Source: an uncultured Gemmatimonadales bacterium (GTDB taxonomy: Bacteria > Gemmatimonadota > Gemmatimonadetes > Longimicrobiales > RSA9). Taken from it: a DNA stretch of 64,000 nt. The translations under genes and the position numbers were made by a program. Shown here piece by piece: positions 60,627 to 64,000 of this stretch. The notes under the pieces are model-generated. The model did no database searches. It worked only from the letters and a program-made list of their open reading frames with translations, and was not told where the DNA came from. Location of the stretch: assembly GCA_963783305.1 (NCBI GenBank), contig CAWAMW010000002.1, positions 800,001 to 864,000 of the forward strand, read 5' to 3'. Within the stretch, counting starts at the first letter, position 1, and each line of letters opens with the position of its first letter.

Positions 60627-61553
60627 CTACGACCGGAATATCTGCCGGGCGACGAACCAGAGGTTGGCCGGACGCTCCGCCAGCCGCCTCAGATACCACG
60701 GGTACCAGTGGCTGCCGTAGGAGATGAGGACCCGGACCTTGGCGCCCACGGCCGTGAGCCATTCCTGGAGGTCCACGCGGATGCCGTAAAGCATGTGGAA
60801 CTCGATCTGGCCCGGTGCGAACCCGTACTGCCGCGCCGACTCCCTGATCCGTTCGATGAGGCGATCGTCGTGGGTGCCGAAGACCGGCCCGGCAACGCGG
60901 GCGTAGTCACGGTCCTTGAGCATCGATATGGCCAGGTCGTGGAACCGCTGGTCCACGTCCGTCTTCTTCTGGATGGCGAGCTCCGGCTGCTCGCGGTACG
61001 CCCCCTTGACCAGGCGGACCCGCACGGGCGGCTCTCGCAGCGTCTCGAGGTCGTCGGGCGTGCGGTGCAGGTACGCCTGCAGGCACACGCCCACACGATG
61101 TGAGCGCTCGCGCACGGTCCGTACGAGGTCCAGGGTGGCATCGACGTAGGAGCTGTCCTCCATGTCCACCCACACCATCAGGTCCAGTTCGTCGGCTTTC
61201 CCGACCAGCCGCTCGAGGTTCCCACGGGCGATCTCGGGCCCGAGGTCCAGCCCAAGGTGCGTGGGCTTCACGGAGATCTCCGCGTCGATCGAGCGAGCCG
61301 CGATCCGGTCGAGGGTGCGGGCGTAGTGGTCGGTGACGGCGCGGGCATCCTCTTCGGTGGCGACATTCTCGCCGAGCTCCGTCAACACGACACCGAGGGC
61401 CCGGCGTCCCAGCTTCTCCGCGGCCCCGAGCGCGTCATCGAGCTCCTCCCCGGGCATGAACCTCCGCACGGCCTTCCGCGCGGTCTTTGTGCGCTTCACC
61501 CACCGCTCCATCCCCTGGGAGCGGGACATCAGGAGGAGCAGAGATCGCATCAT
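60627..61553 (-). CDS. Monofunctional proline dehydrogenase
   Basis: RRFMPGE, SVKPTHLG, VDMED, QAYL, RLVKGAY, GTHD, MLYGIR and YLRRLAERPAN. Confidence 0.93.
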   Translation of the reverse strand: MMRSLLLLMSRSQGMERWVKRTKTARKAVRRFMPGEELDDALGAAEKLGRRALGVVLTELGENVATEEDARAVTDHYARTLDRIAARSIDAEISVKPTHLGLDLGPEIARGNLERLVGKADELDLMVWVDMEDSSYVDATLDLVRTVRERSHRVGVCLQAYLHRTPDDLETLREPPVRVRLVKGAYREQPELAIQKKTDVDQRFHDLAISMLKDRDYARVAGPVFGTHDDRLIERIRESARQYGFAPGQIEFHMLYGIRVDLQEWLTAVGAKVRVLISYGSHWYPWYLRRLAERPANLWFVARQIFRS

Positions 61554-61640
61554 CGCGGGTGGGTCGCTTTCCGTCTCAGGATCAGGGAGTGCTGTCCGTA
61601 TCGTGCGAGGGAGGTGTCACGGTGCGGGTATACGCGGGCT

Positions 61641-61706
61641 TCACGGTATCGGCACCCACGCAGCGACGAGCCCGAAGACCTGCGCGAGCCGCTGAATGGT
61701 CGTCAT
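61641..61706 (-). CDS. Candidate 21-aa leader peptide MTTIQRLAQVFGLVAAWVPIP
   Basis: GGAGG RBS 4 nt before the ATG; lies 87 nt upstream of the proline dehydrogenase gene. Confidence 0.4.
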   Translation of the reverse strand: MTTIQRLAQVFGLVAAWVPIP

Positions 61707-61841
61707 GCCGCCTCCGGGGTCCTGAGGGTCGAGGGGATGCACACACTGTAGTACGTCCGCCACCCGGGGGGTGTCAAGCGCCCGGCGATCGCGTCGCATC
61801 CGGCCATTCCCGTGCCCCGCTCGGCCCGCGGTATTGCAGTC

Positions 61842-64000
61842 GTGAGAACAGAACTGGATTTCCGACCCCTGATCGCCGGCGCCACCGGCCGGCATGGACT
61901 GGCGCCGCTGCTGGCTGCGCTCGGCTTCGATCCGTCGCTCGAGGTCGTCCCGGAAGGCGGCTGGTCGGCGTACGGGCTCGCGGCGCATCCGGAGGTGGGT
62001 GACGTGCTGATCGCGGGGCGGGCGGGGTCGCTGGACGCGCTCCTCATCGAGACCCGAGCCGGGTCGGAGTCCACGGCGCCCCAGATCGCGCGACGGGTAC
62101 GCGCCCGCAACCCCGCGCGGCTCCATCTGTTCGTGATCGCGGACGCGCGGTACCGGCAGATCACCCTGGGAGTCTTCGGTCTCGATGACACGTTCCACAA
62201 TCTCACCATCGAGCGGGACCGGGTACGGCGTTCCGACCTGGAAGCGCTGGTGGAGATGGTGCCCGGGAGCGGCGAGACGGGGCTGCAGCTGGCAATGCGG
62301 CATGCACGGGCCCTCGACCGGACCGGCATCACCCGCCGGTTCTTCCGTGACTTCCGCGCGCGCCGGGCCGCCATCGCCGACGCGTGGACCGGGCTTCCGG
62401 TCACCGCCGCGCAGGATCGGGCGCAACTGGCCCTGCTGTTCCTCAGCCGTCTCACGTTCCTCTACTTCCTCCAGGGCCGCGGCGCGCTGGCGGGCAACGA
62501 CCGATACCTGGTCGATCTGTACGCACAGTGGATGGGCGGCTCGGAGAGCGCGGAGGACCGCCACCCCTCCCACTCGAGGCCGAGCTTCTTTTCGGCGCGG
62601 CTGCGGCCGCTGTTCTTCGGCGCGCTGAATCGCCGGCCGGAGGCCAGGAGCGCGTCGGCCCGGGCACTCGGGCCGCTTCCATACCTCAATGGCGGCCTGT
62701 TCGAGATGCACGCCACCGAGCGCCGATCGCCCGACCTCGACCTCGGGGACACCGAGGTGGGCGCGTGCTTCGACCACCTGCTGGAGCGCTACCGCTTCTC
62801 GGGACGGGAGAGCGGGGATGGGGGCGGCCACGGAGTCGACCCGGAGATCCTCGGGCGCGTCTTCGAGGGGCTGATGGATGCGGGCGAGCGGAGCGGCACC
62901 GGAAGCTTCTACACTCCCGCGCCGGTGGTCGCCCGGGTGGTCCGTGAGGCGGTGGCCACATACCTCACCGTGTCGTGCACCCGATCCGAGGCCCGGGCGA
63001 TCGTGGACGGCGGCGGCGCGGCGCTTCCGGAATCAACGCGCTACCGGGCGCGCACCGCACTGCAACGGGTCCGGGTCCTCGACCCCGCGTGCGGTTCCGG
63101 CGCCTTCCTCCTGGGGGCGCTCCAGCGACTCACGGTCTGCCTGGCACCCCTCACCGGCCAGCCGGTGGGAGAAGTCAGGCGGGAAGTGGTTGCGCGGTCG
63201 CTCCACGGGGTGGACCTGCTCGACGACGCCGCGCTCCTCTGCTCGCTTCGTCTCTGGCTCGCGCTCGCTACCGACGATGACGAGGTGCGGCCCCTGCCGA
63301 ACCTGGACCGCCGGATCCGGCAGGGGGATGCCCTCGTGGATCCTCTGGACCTCGGCTCCCTGGAAGCCGACGGCGATGGTGAAATACCGTGGCACCCGCT
63401 CCGCGACGCCGGGCTCCGACGCGCGCTCCATGCCGTGGCGCCCGCAGCCCGGAGCTACCTGGAGTCCAGTCCGGAGGAGAGGACGGAGCTCCGGCAGGAC
63501 CTCGAGCGCGCGGAGTCACGCCTCGCCCGCCGATGGGTTGAAGGGGCGCGACAGGCGTACCGGCGCAGACTCCGGGGGCTCGGCGCGCGAGCGGCCGACC
63601 GCGACCTCTTCGGCGAGCTCACGGAGTCGGCCCGCCGCGCAGGCGCCGCGGCCGAGGGCCTGGAAGGTCGGGTGCGGGACCTCGATCGCCTGGCCACCGC
63701 CATGGCGGAAAAGGGAAGCCTGCCGTTCTTCAGCTTTGGCGTCCATTTCGCCGATGCGGCACCGGGCTTCGACCTCATTGTGTCGAATCCGCCGTGGGTG
63801 CGATCGCACCGCTGGCCGGACCGGCTCAGGCGCCTGGCCCGCCGCTACGAGGTATGCCGCGATGCGGCCTGGAAGGGTACGGCGGCGCGCGGCGCGGGTG
63901 GAGCCGGGGCGGGCGCCCAGGTGGATCTATCCCTTCTCTTCGTCGAGCGGGCGGTGCGCCTCCTCGCACCGGGCGGGGTGCTGGCGGTGCTTCTGCCGGC
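61842..64000 (+). CDS. Large N6-adenine DNA methyltransferase (Eco57I/type IIG-like), truncated by the window edge
   Basis: Not in the ORF track. In one frame from GTG 61842: PYLNGGLF, DPEILGRVFEGL, GSFYTP, VLDPACGSGAFL (motif I), LHGVD, PLPNLD and FDLIVSNPPW (motif IV). Confidence 0.9.
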   Translation, partial: MRTELDFRPLIAGATGRHGLAPLLAALGFDPSLEVVPEGGWSAYGLAAHPEVGDVLIAGRAGSLDALLIETRAGSESTAPQIARRVRARNPARLHLFVIADARYRQITLGVFGLDDTFHNLTIERDRVRRSDLEALVEMVPGSGETGLQLAMRHARALDRTGITRRFFRDFRARRAAIADAWTGLPVTAAQDRAQLALLFLSRLTFLYFLQGRGALAGNDRYLVDLYAQWMGGSESAEDRHPSHSRPSFFSARLRPLFFGALNRRPEARSASARALGPLPYLNGGLFEMHATERRSPDLDLGDTEVGACFDHLLERYRFSGRESGDGGGHGVDPEILGRVFEGLMDAGERSGTGSFYTPAPVVARVVREAVATYLTVSCTRSEARAIVDGGGAALPESTRYRARTALQRVRVLDPACGSGAFLLGALQRLTVCLAPLTGQPVGEVRREVVARSLHGVDLLDDAALLCSLRLWLALATDDDEVRPLPNLDRRIRQGDALVDPLDLGSLEADGDGEIPWHPLRDAGLRRALHAVAPAARSYLESSPEERTELRQDLERAESRLARRWVEGARQAYRRRLRGLGARAADRDLFGELTESARRAGAAAEGLEGRVRDLDRLATAMAEKGSLPFFSFGVHFADAAPGFDLIVSNPPWVRSHRWPDRLRRLARRYEVCRDAAWKGTAARGAGGAGAGAQVDLSLLFVERAVRLLAPGGVLAVLLP

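Noticed and set aside
61641..62831. 396-aa minus strand ORF
   Set aside because: Mostly antisense to the methyltransferase; only its last 21 codons have their own RBS and are kept as a candidate leader.

Overview
GC-rich, gene-dense bacterial chromosomal window of mostly housekeeping and metabolic genes. Gene content (PadR-ADOP permease pair, long-form IspH, secreted peptidases) is consistent with Gemmatimonadota or a similar lineage; this is an inference. Main blocks: ackA (partial), an M14 peptidase, an acuB-acuC-GNAT lysine-acetylation module followed by a histone H1-like Lys-rich gene, a degenerate TPR/HD-GYP/REC/DUF4388 protein, ispH, a sufC-sufB-sufD-Rieske-sufS-sufU operon behind a Fur-like box, a thiolase, and a candidate ceramide operon (CerR-like reductase, Spt, bCerS-like GNAT, Aur1/PAP2-like enzyme, CPBP). 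Further along are pfkA coupled to an unannotated UGA-containing Rdx/SelW selenoprotein gene, a candidate structured ncRNA, a GyrA/ParC subunit lacking the GyrA-box, a hybrid kinase with an extracellular tandem OB-fold-like sensor, proline dehydrogenase with a candidate Pro-rich leader peptide, and a large N6-adenine methyltransferase running off the right edge. One decarboxylase gene carries a frameshift. I saw no CRISPR array, rRNA, tRNA or transposase. All calls come from reading motifs by eye; no database searches were run.
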